Positions 37,882 through 50,783 of a stretch of DNA of 64,000 nt are shown here, piece after piece. Both the position numbers and the translations under genes were made by a program. The first letter of the stretch is position 1, and each line of letters opens with the position of its first letter. Under the pieces are notes generated by a model that was given only the letters and a program-made list of their open reading frames with translations, had not been told where the DNA came from and did no database searches. Origin of the DNA: Haplodiscus bocki (lineage: Eukaryota); assembly GCA_965655095.1 (NCBI GenBank), contig OZ296649.1, forward strand, positions 145,638,001 to 145,702,000, given 5' to 3'.

Positions 37882-40675
37882 CTACCAATATTTCTTTTGC
37901 AGAAACATCACAATCACCCATCAGTTCAAATTGGACGAATGGCTGACAAGACATATAATTCATTCAATATATAGTGCCGATCCAATTTTACAATCTTATA
38001 ATTTTAGACAAATTGGTCAAATTGAGGGACTTGATGATACGAACTGTACGTACCATAGCTTCGGAAACTATTGAAAATTTAAAAAAATGTCGTCATACCC
38101 TCTTTGCACCTACTGCAAATTTATAAATCTTAATAAATTTATTCTTACGTTGAAACAATTTCAGTAAGAAAAGTCGGCAAAATTTTGTAAACGAAACTTG
38201 AAGCTGCTCAAATTTTCAAATTTTCACGAATAACTCAAACTTGCATAAGACAGCTAAAATAAGAAGAATATTTCACAAGCTCTGAGCTTTTGTTGTTGTC
38301 ATTTATGATATTTGTACGTGGTAAAGGATAGTCAGTCACTGCTTGTTGTTAATTGACGAACAACTTTCTTGTTCATCATCAAGATGAAAAGTTCCTGTCC
38401 AGTAATTGAGCTGTAAAATTGCGGACAATTCAGAGCCCCTTCCCGAGTATTTAGAATAATCCTTTCATAAACCCTTTCACAATTAGATTCTACGTAGAAG
38501 AGTAGGGCGGAAAAATTAAAAAAAGAGAATTCTACGCAGAAAAGAGGCAACGCAATCATACTGACGAGATGATAGGCTAAAATTCACTCGCCGCTTCACG
38601 AGCTAAATCTTTACGCCGCTCATTATTTATTTCGCATATCCATTATGGTGTGGAGGGGGCAGCTAAATCAGTGGAGCGGGGAGGAGAAGTTATCGGAAAA
38701 GATCCAAATTTTCATCAGCAATGCTGATTGATGATCCTCTTTTGATCATGCAAGATCTTGACACGGCCTACCAGATTTCAGACACTGGGATCTTTTTATT
38801 AACCGCTAGCCCTTTTGACAACAGCAACATACATGTTCCAGTAAATTTCGTTGCGCAATCTCGCTCAGGATAATTTAACGTGCTTGGCATTTCAATCTAA
38901 ACGCAAAAGATTGAGTCTCCATTCTCACCGTGGCTATCGTACGGTTCCCACTGACTGATATTGTCCAACTACAGCTTCATGGCGATACTTTTGCCCACTG
39001 TGTTTCCACCCTGGGCCGTTTCGCCTCTCATTAATCAACCTGGATGGACATCACTTGCACAACACATCCATACTGACATCTAGTCAGGACACCAGTTGAG
39101 CATGAGTCACTAAAGAACATTTAGCACCCACCACGAGTTTCGGTACAACCTAAGTCTCCCGAGCAGCTGTGACTACAGGATTGCGCCACCAATCCCAACA
39201 TTACAGAAAAAATTGTTCTGAAAGTCTACAACTTGGCTCAATAAAAAGCCTAATTCATTTCTGTATTTGACGTTTACTAAGCCGAAAGTTGAGAAAGCAA
39301 CGGATGTGTCCCGTGAAAAACCATATAGCAAATTTTTGCATTTTTGCCACTTTATTAAAATGTGCATTTGGCGCCAAAGCGAGCATTGAAGTCCATCCTT
39401 CTTTTCATGGGAAAACTCACCGTGTTCCAATTCTAATCAGGCACTCTTCACTGAGAATGAGCGAACTATTAGGTGTCCCAAAAAGCGGGTCATTGCAATA
39501 AGTTTCTTGCACGTTTTGAAACACTGCAAATTTTTGTTGTTAAACAAGTTGACATGGCCCGTGGGTCCTTTTTTTCAACATCCCCAGTAAATTAAAGGTC
39601 TCCAACAAAATAATGGATGAGTGAATTGATAGGCGGCGTAATGCTTGAACTCACGTGCGCTTGAATTTTAGACAATCGGAGAAGCGTTCACTTAGGCATG
39701 GGGAGGGGGGGGGGAGTTAAAAGTTAAAATTCTGGTTAATACTGGTGGGAGGGGGAGTTAACAGGAAAGATCCCAGAAAAAAATTTAAACTTTCAGTAAC
39801 CATTTAATCAACTTGATGAAGTCTATTCGCTAACCAAGACCCAAGACTACATCAGGACCCTTTTAGTCTATTGAAAAATTCATCAAACTGGACAAGTTTT
39901 CAATTAAAGTTCCACGGAAAAGAGCGGCCGTTTGATGCAATAGTTTTCAACTATAAACCATTACAACTTACTGAAAATTGTTAGCAAGTTTTTTTGGTGG
40001 TAGTCTAGTTTGCGGTCTACAAAAGTTTGTGATATATAAGCGAAAAGGGTGTCTTCGTTGCGGTGCGCCTAAAGTTCACTCTCAAATATTATTGGCTTTT
40101 ATTGTCAGTTAAATTTCGTAAATTCGCGACATGCATACCGCCTACTAAAACAGAAAGTTGAAAACAGACTGCATACAAGACCAGCGCCATTTTTTTATAC
40201 TTTTTCTGTATACTTCTTAGCTCTAAAGATTTTGAACCGATATATCAATATTTTGAGCCACGAATTACAAAACTATAAAACTGCTCTGTAAAGCATCACT
40301 GAAACTTGTCAAATATGAATTTTCAGCGCGACCGCTCTTGTTTGGCTGGAAGCTCGGTCTTCAAGGCATGACATAGGTAAAACTATCGGATTATGCTTCT
40401 TTCATCCCCCCAAAATATACTAGGGAAAGTTGGAAATGAGGCTTCAATTACTCAAAAAATCGTCGAAGTTGCTGTAAAAGGAAGTGCAAATCATGTCAAC
40501 ATCTTGAACACGTGAATAGGAGGTATTCTCGTCAGAAAGATAAGTTATCGTAGAAATTTCAGCAAAAAATGCAGTCAATTCTGTGAAAACATGCCGCAAT
40601 TTCATTTGACGCTATATTTCGATCACAAAAGATACAAAATCCAATTGGAAGGGTTTTAGACGAAAAGATGATACA

Positions 40676-43600
40676 TGTAATGGGTGCTCCAATTGTCACA
40701 ACAGCAATTGAAAAAGCCTGAATGAACTAAAGAAGAAAAAACTTTGGTTACTTTAGCTAAATTTAGCTTTCAGAGGGGGAACTAAGAAATTTGGTGCACC
40801 TCGGGGAGATAGAAGAAACATGGCCCAACTTATAAACAAACAATGTGTGTGTCAAACAGTGCAATTTCCCTCTTCGGTTAAAAAACAGAAGCATAATCAA
40901 ACCGAAGAATAGTATTTTTAGCAGCTTGTTGTTAAACATTCATAACTAATGATTTGTCTTAAATGCTTGAATCCTACGTTATCCCCATAAAAAAATTTCG
41001 GTAATGATACATTCAGCAAAATACTTCATGAAACAATATTTTCAAATACCAAATAGAATAGAACATGGTGCAGTAAGCAGACCTTTATTATCAATTTTAC
41101 CAAAAAAAAGGTTGATTTTTTTCCGTCACGTTAAAATTTGAATGAAGACAGAAGAAAAAGACTGTAACTTAATGAAAAAAGATTAGACGGGAAAAAATCA
41201 AGGCTAACGACAGTGGTTAAAGAGGTTCAAGCAAAACACAAAAAGAAAATACATCATAGATATTTGACCAAAAATCAAAAAGAGAAAATAACCGAGACAG
41301 ATTGGAACAACAAAATAAGGAAAGATACAGAAAGAAATTTTGGGCAGTTCGATTCCAAACGAAAAACCAAAGAGCAAGATCCAAATACCAATACAAGCCG
41401 GACGATATCAAAGTCGATAAATCTATCAAGCATTAAAACAGATATCATATTCCACAAAGAAACATAAAAAAAGTCATGAGAACGTTTTTTGGTCAAACAA
41501 ACAGATACTGAAACACTGGAAGATCACAGAAAGAAACTAATTGAACTGCAAAAAAATTCCGATTTTCCTGATTTGCGCACCGAACTACTTATGTCCAACA
41601 TTATAAAAACAATGACGCACAAAGAACTACGAAACTACGACACAATTATCAAAAACACAAAGATTCAGAGGGACCGAAAATAGTTTAACAGATACAATAA
41701 AAGACAAAAGAAAACAAAAAAAAACAAACCGGAAACACTGATATGAAAATAAAACAAAAAGCAATACACAAGATAAGAAACACCGGAAAATACGCAACAA
41801 TACAAAAAAATAATTACAATTGAAATAACGCATAAAAACGGAACATCAACAGTAAATGCCCTGCCCGAAAAAAAAATGCGAAAAGTGAAAAAAAACCAAG
41901 ACTTTTTACAAAAGCCCACAGAACTGACACAAAAAACAGCAAAATGTTACGGAATCACGAAACTGGAGAAAACTGAAAAAAGTGACAACGACCAATCGAT
42001 AATCAGGAAAATTGGAAAAAGAAAAACGTTAACGACAGAAAAAAACCACATTACAAAGATAATGATAATTGACGGAAGAGAAAAAAAATTTAGCGTGGGC
42101 GCAGGGTCACCGGTTACGACATTACCGTGGAACAAAAAACTTAGAATCACAAAAGTAGCACCCATGAGTAAAAGATAATAGGACACTAACAAAAATAAAG
42201 TTAAAGTTTTCGGATACTTTACGATGGAATCCAAGAACAATGGAACTAAAAATAAAATATATGTTAGAAACACGAGAAAAAAACACTTAAAACCATTGCT
42301 CGGTAGTGATTCGCTACAAAAGTTTATTTGGAAAAATCAAAGTTATGAAAAAGAGACGGACGGAACCGACCCATTCGTAAAGAGCAAGATTAAAACATTT
42401 CTGAAAAAAATTTCATAACAAACCGATCAATAAAACAAAATGAAAGTACTATACAACTGAAACTGCAACATCAACCAAGAAAAGAAAGGCTCAACCAACG
42501 CCTATAACCAAATGAAGTTTGTGAAAAACGAAACAAGCAAACTATTCAGTACCGAACATCTTGAAAAAATCTAAAACATAGAAAGTTGTTTTGTATCTCC
42601 GTTAGTTATAACCACAGACAAGAAGTCAGTTAAAGTCACACGAAGCTTAGGTTCTTCGGTTACATGACTAATTTGGATATCGAATCAAGTTTTTTCGGTG
42701 ATATCAAAATCCCTCAGGTCCACAATTGGGATTTTTGGTTGGATCGTACGATGTCACTCTTTTGGGATTCCGAGATCCAGAAGATAATCGATTTCTTTTT
42801 CTTTCTTTTGTCATTTTCAGCAACCTTGCTTGTTCTATCGTCACCATCACAACAAAACAAGCAATAAGGTTATGGATATTTTCATTAAAAGAGATAAAAC
42901 CCCTGAAATAGAACGGTCAGTTGAAAAAGAGAAGAGATAACAAAAACCGGCACCCTTTGGTTCAACTTCGAAAGCAATCTAAAATTCGAAAGCAATCTCA
43001 TAATCGAAAGCAATCTCAAAGTAAATTCAAATTTCGTTTCAACGAAGATAAGACAAAAAAATAGAGATGATGCTACCTCCATAGGCTTGGAACTGCTTTT
43101 CAAAGTGAGAACAACAGATGGGGCGCCGGATGCTTCGAATTGAAAGAAGAGAGGACACGCATTATTGCCGAAAAAGACACAAAGAAGAAAAACAAATCAA
43201 ACACCTCTTCAATTCCATAAGGAGTGACATCGTATGATCCACCGGGAAATTTCGAACTGTGGACATAACGTATTATGATATCACCAAAAAACCCTATGCT
43301 ATTTGTTATCCAAATAAATCATGTCGTCGAGACACCCGAATCGTGTCGTAGAAAAAAACACCAAAGGGGAAAAAAGCTCAAGCCAGCAGAATTCAATTTC
43401 AAGGTTCATCTAAGAACATCAATTTATAGAATTTCAGTTGATTTGAAACTGCTGCAAATGAAGGTGAGTATGGGCGACAACCAAAAAAAACGCTGTCGAG
43501 AAAAACTTTTGCTTTGTGTTCTATGATATAACCGAACCATTCGGATTTTTATTTTTAGGTAATAAACTTTCTTGCCGACGAAATGAAGAAACAACTTGCG

Positions 43601-45238
43601 GACGGACTACAAATCCGTTAGCCCAGTTCTACAAAAACACTAACTGAATGCATTTTTGTGTTGGTGCGAATTGCAGAAGGACATTGGAAAGAAATGTAAC
43701 ACCTGCGCAGCATGCATAATTTCCAGTAAGAGTGTAACATACCAATTACCGTTGACCAAAAAAACTAAACTACTGGCACCGACGGAACCTGCAAGAAATT
43801 ACAGAAAGATTTTCTTGGGGTACAACGCAACAGATATATCACTTACCGCAGTCGATAGATTTAAAAAAAGCCTAGCGCATTCACAGACCAATGTCAATAA
43901 AAGTTTTTATAAAGAACAACATTGAAAATACCAACAACCCGCAAAGTCTCTATTTCGGTAATGGAGCAATTTGATGCGCAAAGCAGATCCAAAGGACTTG
44001 ATCATGGCTATTTTACCTGAAGAAATGGTTCCACCAAAAGTGCACACCAACCAATGAGTGTAACACGTTCAACCGTACACACTAAATTAAAAGTAAGCTC
44101 CTACTAGTTAAAATGCGGTAAGAAGCCAGGAACAAAAGTTATCTCTCGGAATGGAAAAACTTGAAACTTACAGTAACACCAGAACATAACCCCTTTTACG
44201 GGGGCCGTAGCAAAAGACTGGGGGTAGGATAAGACACTTTCAGGTCAAAAAAGAGAAAGATTTTTCGTTGCTTGGCGCAAAACGCATCAAAGAAGAACCA
44301 GGTGAAACCCATTAGTGAAAGTTTCAAGTATTTGTACACGTCTTTTGAAACGAAGGGTCACAAACTCTTTGGCACAAATTTAAACGTACAAGCCAGAAAC
44401 AGTTTTAGATGGTAACAACCACACGATCCGCCCGGCAGATAACGAAATTTAACAACAGAATATGAAGTCAACAAGTTTAATTTTCAGAAAAAAAAACAAA
44501 AAGAAAAATGTAGACAAACAGAGACAAGCTGAAAGGATCGAGTGGGAACTACGTGAGTGCATCTCAAAAAGAGAGAAAGAAACAAGATGGCATGTTCTCG
44601 GGGTGTAAAAGGAAGCTGCAGAAAGTTAAAACGGAGGACGAAGAGAGCAATTTTGAATGTTATAAGAAATCCAACGGAAAAGGTTTCCATGTGGACGTAG
44701 ACTAAGAAAATACTTGAGGCCACCAAAAAAAACATTTCTAGCTTTCCCAATCAGCAAATCGGACGAAGACCAAATCAAAACAAGAACGAGCTCGCTGTCG
44801 GGAATATTAGCTGAAAACGATTTTTTCTGACACGGCGATCTAAAAGGGAAGTCAGACAAGGGGATCATTTGGGTACCATACCATACTTGTGAATTATAAA
44901 ACTAATTTGATTTTTTTCCAGGATTAACTCAAAAAACTCCTCTACACTGGAGGCCTTTGACAATGGAGGAACTCGGTTCCGATTATGATCCACTGACTGA
45001 CAAGTGAATCGAAAGCTAGGAGTGGGTTTTTATTCGTTTGTTCCCCTTTATCCGGTGACATAACCCCAGCATAATTGAACCTAAGAAAACTGTTTTCAGA
45101 AGTCTATTGTCAAACATTGATGATTTGTGCTACATGCTTCAATCCTACTTAGACTTTATAACAACGATCTCGGTAACGATATATTCAGTAAAAAGTTTTT
45201 CCATCCACTGTTTTCTTTTCCTACCGGTAGTTTAGACG
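40676..45238 (+). mobile_element. Decayed, internally deleted Gypsy/Ty3-type LTR retrotransposon
   Basis: Diverged direct repeats ~40676-41065 and ~44866-45238 (best match 40890-41050 vs 45069-45225); AACA followed by PBS-like TGGTGCAGT at 41066; purine tract before 44866; protease-like FSVGAGSPVT and PLLGSD; RT start CFVSPLVIT; integrase Zn-finger WCELQKDIGKKCNTCAAC and LTAVDRF. Order PR-RT-IN. Confidence 0.8.
42969..43020 (+). repeat. 18-bp tandem repeat x3 (TCGAAAGCAATCT.....)
   Basis: Directly visible, inside the Gypsy relic. Confidence 0.85.
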
Positions 45239-45630
45239 TTTTTTCGAATAACTCGGCTTGCTGCCAACTATCGCTAAACAAATTGCTACGTATCTGAACA
45301 CTGAAAGACCTGACAGAAATTGTCTGTCTAACTTTTCAGTGATAGTCGTTTTTTCTACATCTACAGGGACGCGTTTTTGTTAGTTTTTGAACATCACATC
45401 TTGAAAGTAAAATACTTGCTGGCGCTTTTTTGCTGAAAACTTTTTTTCGTTGATTTTGAACTCCTGTTACTTAATAAATTTTGTCAGAAAATTATTTCGG
45501 GAAGAAAATGTTCAATACAGTAGTCGGAGTTTCTTTTACTTTTCCTGAAATTGCCCATGAAGCGCAATCTTATCCGTATGGGCTTATTGATTCATATTGC
45601 TGAAACGTTAGTACCTTGAAAATTACATAT

Positions 45631-45690
45631 GCGTGGGCATCATCGCGTTAGAAAGCCAGAGGTGGTGGGTTCGGGTCCCGCTGGCGGCCA
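45631..45690 (+). other. tRNA-like remnant (3' two-thirds), not a functional tRNA
   Basis: T-arm-like GTGGGTTCGGGTCCCGC, ends GGCCA, anticodon-loop-like TTAGAAA; D-arm and stems do not pair properly. Confidence 0.4.
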
Positions 45691-45694
45691 TATC

Positions 45695-46020
45695 TTTATC
45701 CCGCGAAAAGCGGGATATTGCAATCACCTTCGTGTGTTTATTTGTTTTTCTGTTTGTTTGTTTGTTTGTTTGTTTGTTAGCAGGATTTCTAATAAACTAT
45801 TGGTCGGACTTTGATGAAATTTGGTGAGTAGGGAGGAAATGATCATAGGAAGACCGAGTTCAAAGTTGGGCGTGATCCGGATTGAAATCCGGATCTGAGA
45901 TCCAGATCAAGGTTTCTCAAAAACTAAAGGTCGGATTTTGAAAAACTGAGATCCGAATCAATGTTTCTCCTAACGTACTTGTCGGATTTTGATGAAATTT
46001 GGTGAGTAGGAAGGCAATGA
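45695..46020 (+). mobile_element. Helentron-associated interspersed element (HINE/DINE-1-like), 5' part
   Basis: T-run then hairpin TATCCCGC-GAAAA-GCGGGATA (45697-45717), (GTTT)n at ~45751-45778, core GATGAAATTTGGTGAGTAGG repeated at 178-bp spacing, palindrome GATCCGGATTGAAATCCGGATC. Confidence 0.7.
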
Positions 46021-47039
46021 CCATTCGGACCCAATTTTGAAATTCGGCCCAAATTATTTCGCTATTTAACTTAATTAAATAATTAGTATATAGGCTTAAC
46101 TCAATTCATTTTCTGAAAATATATTAATTTCGCAAACAGTTGTGGTATAAATTAACCGGGCGGCATTAACTTTAATCTTTAGGGGCAGTAGATTTCGCAG
46201 TAAAAATCCCAGAAGCTAGAACTCCAGAATAACTTTTGGAGCACAATTACTTCTGACATCACAAAAAATACGAACATCCTGATTACTGATTTTGACGTGT
46301 CATGAAATTTCATGTTGCACGTATGAACTGCTGATGTCAGCAAAAAACCGCTGACTATACAATACTGTAGCAACGGAAATGTTCGTCGTGTTTAATTTTC
46401 CCCCTTTTTGCTCCCTAGACAGTTTTGCTAGTCATTTATTTCGCGTTTTTGTTCATTTGAACACAATCAAGAAACAAGGGTTTTCGCGGAATCTGCGCTC
46501 TCCGAGTGCCATTTTTTGCCTCGTTTTCCCTATTTTGAAACTCGTTAACGCACTGTTTTCGTTCAATACCAAAAGACAGCATTGTTTTCGATAAAAATTA
46601 GACCCTTTTGATGAATAGGTTCTACATCGCACAAAAAGAATCCATTCATCGAAGTAACTGATGCAAATCCACAATTCACGATAAATTTCGAAATTTGGTA
46701 AAATCTTTTTTTTCCAAAAATTGCTGAAATTAGTTACGAATATAATTCAGCTATAAAAATACAGGTGAGAATACTTCAATTTTTTTCAGTTTTTGAGTTC
46801 AGTTTTTTTCGCTACCTTAGTTTCTCTGGAGTCCCAAAAACTTACTTCGACAAAGTTTTTATTGTAACATGTTGTGCACTGATCCACAGATTGAGGGAAT
46901 ACCAAAAAACGCAATATGTTTTGATTTTTTTTGTTGCAACTCTTTTTTTTCAAAACCACAATGACTAAAAAACTGATCTGGGTCTGAACGTTTTTTCAAG
47001 AAACTACTCCAACAAACCATAGCTGGTTTTTTGCCTTGC

Positions 47040-48960
47040 GTCAGAATCCTGATAGTCGGAATTTTCTGAAGAGTGCTCTCAATATTCTTACATCTGGTTA
47101 TTCAAACTCTAAACTCTCAGAAACTACTGGTTTGATTTTCTTCATCCATGACTGCAAAAAACTGACACAAGAAGCGGAGGAGTTTATTACAATTATATCT
47201 TTCTCATTCCATATGTCAAGTTCCTAATCATCCGAAATTTCATTAAAAATGTTCTGATTTAGATTTATCTCGATTTTAAAAATCTAATTTCTCAGAAACT
47301 ATAGCTTTGCGTTTTTTGTCCATCAAAACTCAATCGAAGGCGCTATTTTTCAAAAAGGTTTTTGCTTAGGAAGTCATTGATTTTGATCCCTACTTCAAAA
47401 TTATAGGAATCCGAAAGATCCAGAAAGTGCAACTAATAACGTTTCAGCCCGATTTTCAATTTCATAATTCTCCATAACTTCCCAATTGATTTATCTCATC
47501 AAAATCCCATTAGAAAATCTTGCTTTTTATTGGAGCATTCGATGAGAAAGTAAAGCATTTTGATCCTTGCATCAAAATCCTCATATTCCGAAACTTCCAA
47601 AAAATGCCATTATTATTAGTAAATCTCAATATTCTTACTCATTTTTGTCGGTATCTAACGGCTCCATTACCTTCATCAAGGTCGCAATCTAAAAATCTAC
47701 ACATGGAGAATCCGTTCTGATTATTTTTTGCCAGTTTTTTCTCTGCATTAAAATTCCGTTAGTCCCAGAAATCGAAAAAAGTTGTTGTTTTTGATTTATC
47801 CTGATACTGAAAATCATTTGTCCTCAAAACTACAGGCCTGATTTACTCCATCAAGGGTTCAATGGTACAATCTTTACTTGAGCCGGAGAATTCAAGGGGG
47901 ATTTCAGTTGTTGTGTTCCACGAATTAGGATTCTGATAATTCGAATTATCTAAATTGAGTCATTAATTTTGATTCGTCAAGAGTTAGAAATTCTTTTCTT
48001 TCCGTAATTTTTTGCATTATTTTTTTCATCAACGTTTTTCAATGGACAAACAATTAATTGCAGAGATAGTATATTTTTTAAAAACATTGATTTCGTTATT
48101 TGTGGCGGAATTTTGATAAATCGAAAAAGCCACCGAACTGCTGTTATTTTTGAGGTTGTTCCGATATTCCAACTCATAATTCTGCATAACCGCTGACTTG
48201 GTTTCTCGAACCCCGGAATGCAATCTGAAGGTTTGTGTTTTTGGTAGAGTAATCGATTTAAACATTTCTGATATTGTTCCTCGCCTGGGAACCCTGATAG
48301 TCTGAGAATGTGAAAGTGCTTTCAAAATTGGCAAAATCTCAACAGTCAAACTTATTTCTCCATACCTAAACACTTGATATTTTCGACCAAGGTCAATGCC
48401 TCTCTTTCTAGGAGTATTGAGTTGAAAGAACTACGAATACCGTTCTTGCATTGAAATCGTGGTTTCCCTAAAACTCCTGAAGTTTTTATAACTTGGACTT
48501 ATCTCGATTTTCGAAGTCCGTTTTCCCCAAGATTATATGGTTTTCTTGAAGGGCCCAACCTAAAGTTTTTTTAGTTTTGTTAGAATATGCGACCGAAAAT
48601 CAATAATTGTCGTCCATTCAGTGGAATCTTGCTTGAAAAACCAAAAATGCTTGAAAGTGCTGTTAATCTTGACATGCTTCGTTTCTCAAACTCATATCTT
48701 TTATCGCAACCTGCTTCATTTTTCCGTCAAAATGTCAATTGATAGCTTATTACTTGAGGCGGACTTGTCGTTTTTGAATATCAAACAATATTCTCTCTAC
48801 ATCAAAATTCGAATCCTGATTGACCAAAAGTGGCAATCTGCTATTAGTATTGAGATATCTCCATATTCCAACTTGTCGTTCTCGGAAACTACACTTTTGA
48901 ACTTTCTATCAATGTCTGAAGTGACGGTGAAATACTTTCAATTGTTCATCAGATGGAATA
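47040..48960 (-). repeat. ~177-bp degenerate tandem array, inverted relative to the 27-kb and 59-kb arrays
   Basis: Reverse motif AACTACAG.CTTGATTT.TCCAT-like at ~47122, 47297, 47476, 47828, 48188, 48340 and 48887. Confidence 0.65.
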
Positions 48961-49425
48961 ATCATTAATTTTGTCTCTTACATTGGAATACTGATAGGCT
49001 GAACATGCGAAAAAGTCCAATTAATATTCTTATTCAGTCAATTACCAGACTCATAAATATTTGAAGCTATCGGCTTGAATTCTTCCGCCGAAGTCTCCAT
49101 CAAGATGTGTTTTCGTCAGTATTGGGCTATTTGTAAAGTGGTTTTTTGTATGTTTGCTTAACATTCTTATGAGTCACATTGACGGAAATTTTTGCAGTGC
49201 GAATGCGCTTGTTGTTTTATTTAGTCTGGATAGAAATATACTTTACTTTTTAAAAAAATTTGACGTAAATAGCGATGAAAGTCCAGCCCATTCTAGAGCA
49301 TGACACTTTCAAAGCTTCTCTTCGAATATTTCTGTAAGAATATGAATTTGTCGGCAAACATCAAATCAAAAAAAATACCAACCTTCAAAGATTTCGGTAT
49401 TAACGGCATATGTTTCATTTTTACT

Positions 49426-50783
49426 CCGCATATGTAATATGCAAGAAAAATTATTCCTTCAGTACAGTGTACAGTGGGGTCATATTTCGTTTTTATCGCA
49501 GTGTAAAACTGCCAACTCTTTTTATTCAAAAACAAATGACAGCCGTAGGCTTAGGACAACAGCGTTCTCAAGCAGTAGGTTTGGGGTTCGTGTTTCTGTT
49601 GTGTCAAATACTTTTACGATTTATCCCTAACATTTTTCGGTACCCGAAGTTAATGCAACAGTAAAGGATTCCCCTACAAAAATTTTCGGCGCTGTGAGAC
49701 AAAAAACTTTCTATAGAAAATCGTGATTTTCCCCTCTTAAGCATAAAGTTTTTCGCTACCGGAAATTTTCTGAAACACAGCACAGAAGGGTTCCTCTACA
49801 AAATTTTTCGGTACTGTGAGCTAACCAAATTTCGACAAAAAATCGTGATATAACCCTCTGAAGCATGAAAATTTTCGATACCCGAAATTAGGGACACCCT
49901 AAAGGGTTGCCCTACGGAATTTATCGGAACTGTGAGACAAAAAGTTTTCGGCAGAAAATCTTGATACTCCCCCCCCCCTCTTATCCATAAAGTTTTTCGC
50001 TACCGGAAATTTTCTGAAAAACAGCACAGAAGGGTTCCTCTACGAAATTTTTCGGTACTGTGAGACAAAAAAATTTCGACAGAAAATCGTGACATAACCC
50101 TCTGAAGCATAAAATTTTTCGATACCCGAAATTTGTGACACACTGAAGGGTTCCCCCAAGAAAATTTTCGGCACTGTGATACAAAAATTTTCTATAAAAA
50201 ATCGTGATATTCTCCTCTTAAGCATAAAGTTTTTCGCAACCGGAAATTTTCTGAAACACAGCACAGAATGGTTCCCCTACGAAATTTTTCGGAATTGTGA
50301 GACAACAAATTTTCTATAGAAAATCGTGATATTCCCCTCTGATGCATAAAATTTTTCGATACCCGAAAATTGTGACACACTGAAGGGTTCCCCTACGAAA
50401 TTTTTCGGCACTGTGAGACAAAAAACTTTCGACAGAAAATTGTGATACTCCCCCCCCCCCCCCTCTTATCCATAATTTTTTGCGATACCAGAAATTTTGT
50501 GAAACAAAGAAGGGTTCCCCTACGAACTTTTTCGGTACTGTGAGACAAAATTTTCGAAGGAAAATCTTGATACTTCCCCCTCCCTCTTAGAGACAAAACT
50601 TTCTTGACAGAAAATCGTGATACCCTTTTGCATAAAGTACAGAAATCAGTGGTCAAATTGATGTTTGTAAAAACTCTTTGAAAACTAATATCAAAACAGT
50701 AGTAACTTTTTAACCGTTTGCAAAAGTTGATCAAAATATTTGTAGTTGGGCGAAAAATATGCTGGTGCTAGCCGGCCGTCTTG
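49426..50783 (+). mobile_element. Helitron-like non-autonomous element with tRNA-like segment and ~120-bp satellite (independent insertion)
   Basis: Same 5' and 3' flanks as 10072-11020; ends hairpin-CGTCTTG followed by T. Confidence 0.65.
49630..50630 (+). repeat. ~120-bp satellite array (8+ units) with an alternating A/B dimer
   Basis: Units with CGCTACCGGAAA...CAGCACAGAAGGG alternate with units with CGATACCCGAAA...CACTGAAGGG. Confidence 0.95.

Noticed and set aside
39699-39760. G-rich tract with G-quadruplex potential (also the G11/G12 runs near 12068 and 19233)
   Set aside because: Simple homopolymer runs, common in repeat DNA; no supporting context.
41200-41920. Lys-rich plus-strand and hydrophobic membrane-like minus-strand ORFs
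   Set aside because: Artefacts of extreme A-richness in the decayed gag region of the Gypsy relic.
45631-45690. Functional tRNA-Ser(AGA)
   Set aside because: Anticodon and acceptor stems do not pair and there is no D-arm; kept only as a tRNA-like remnant.
49630-50630. Regular repeats resembling a CRISPR array
   Set aside because: Whole units are homologous with no unique spacers, there are no cas genes, and the context is eukaryotic.
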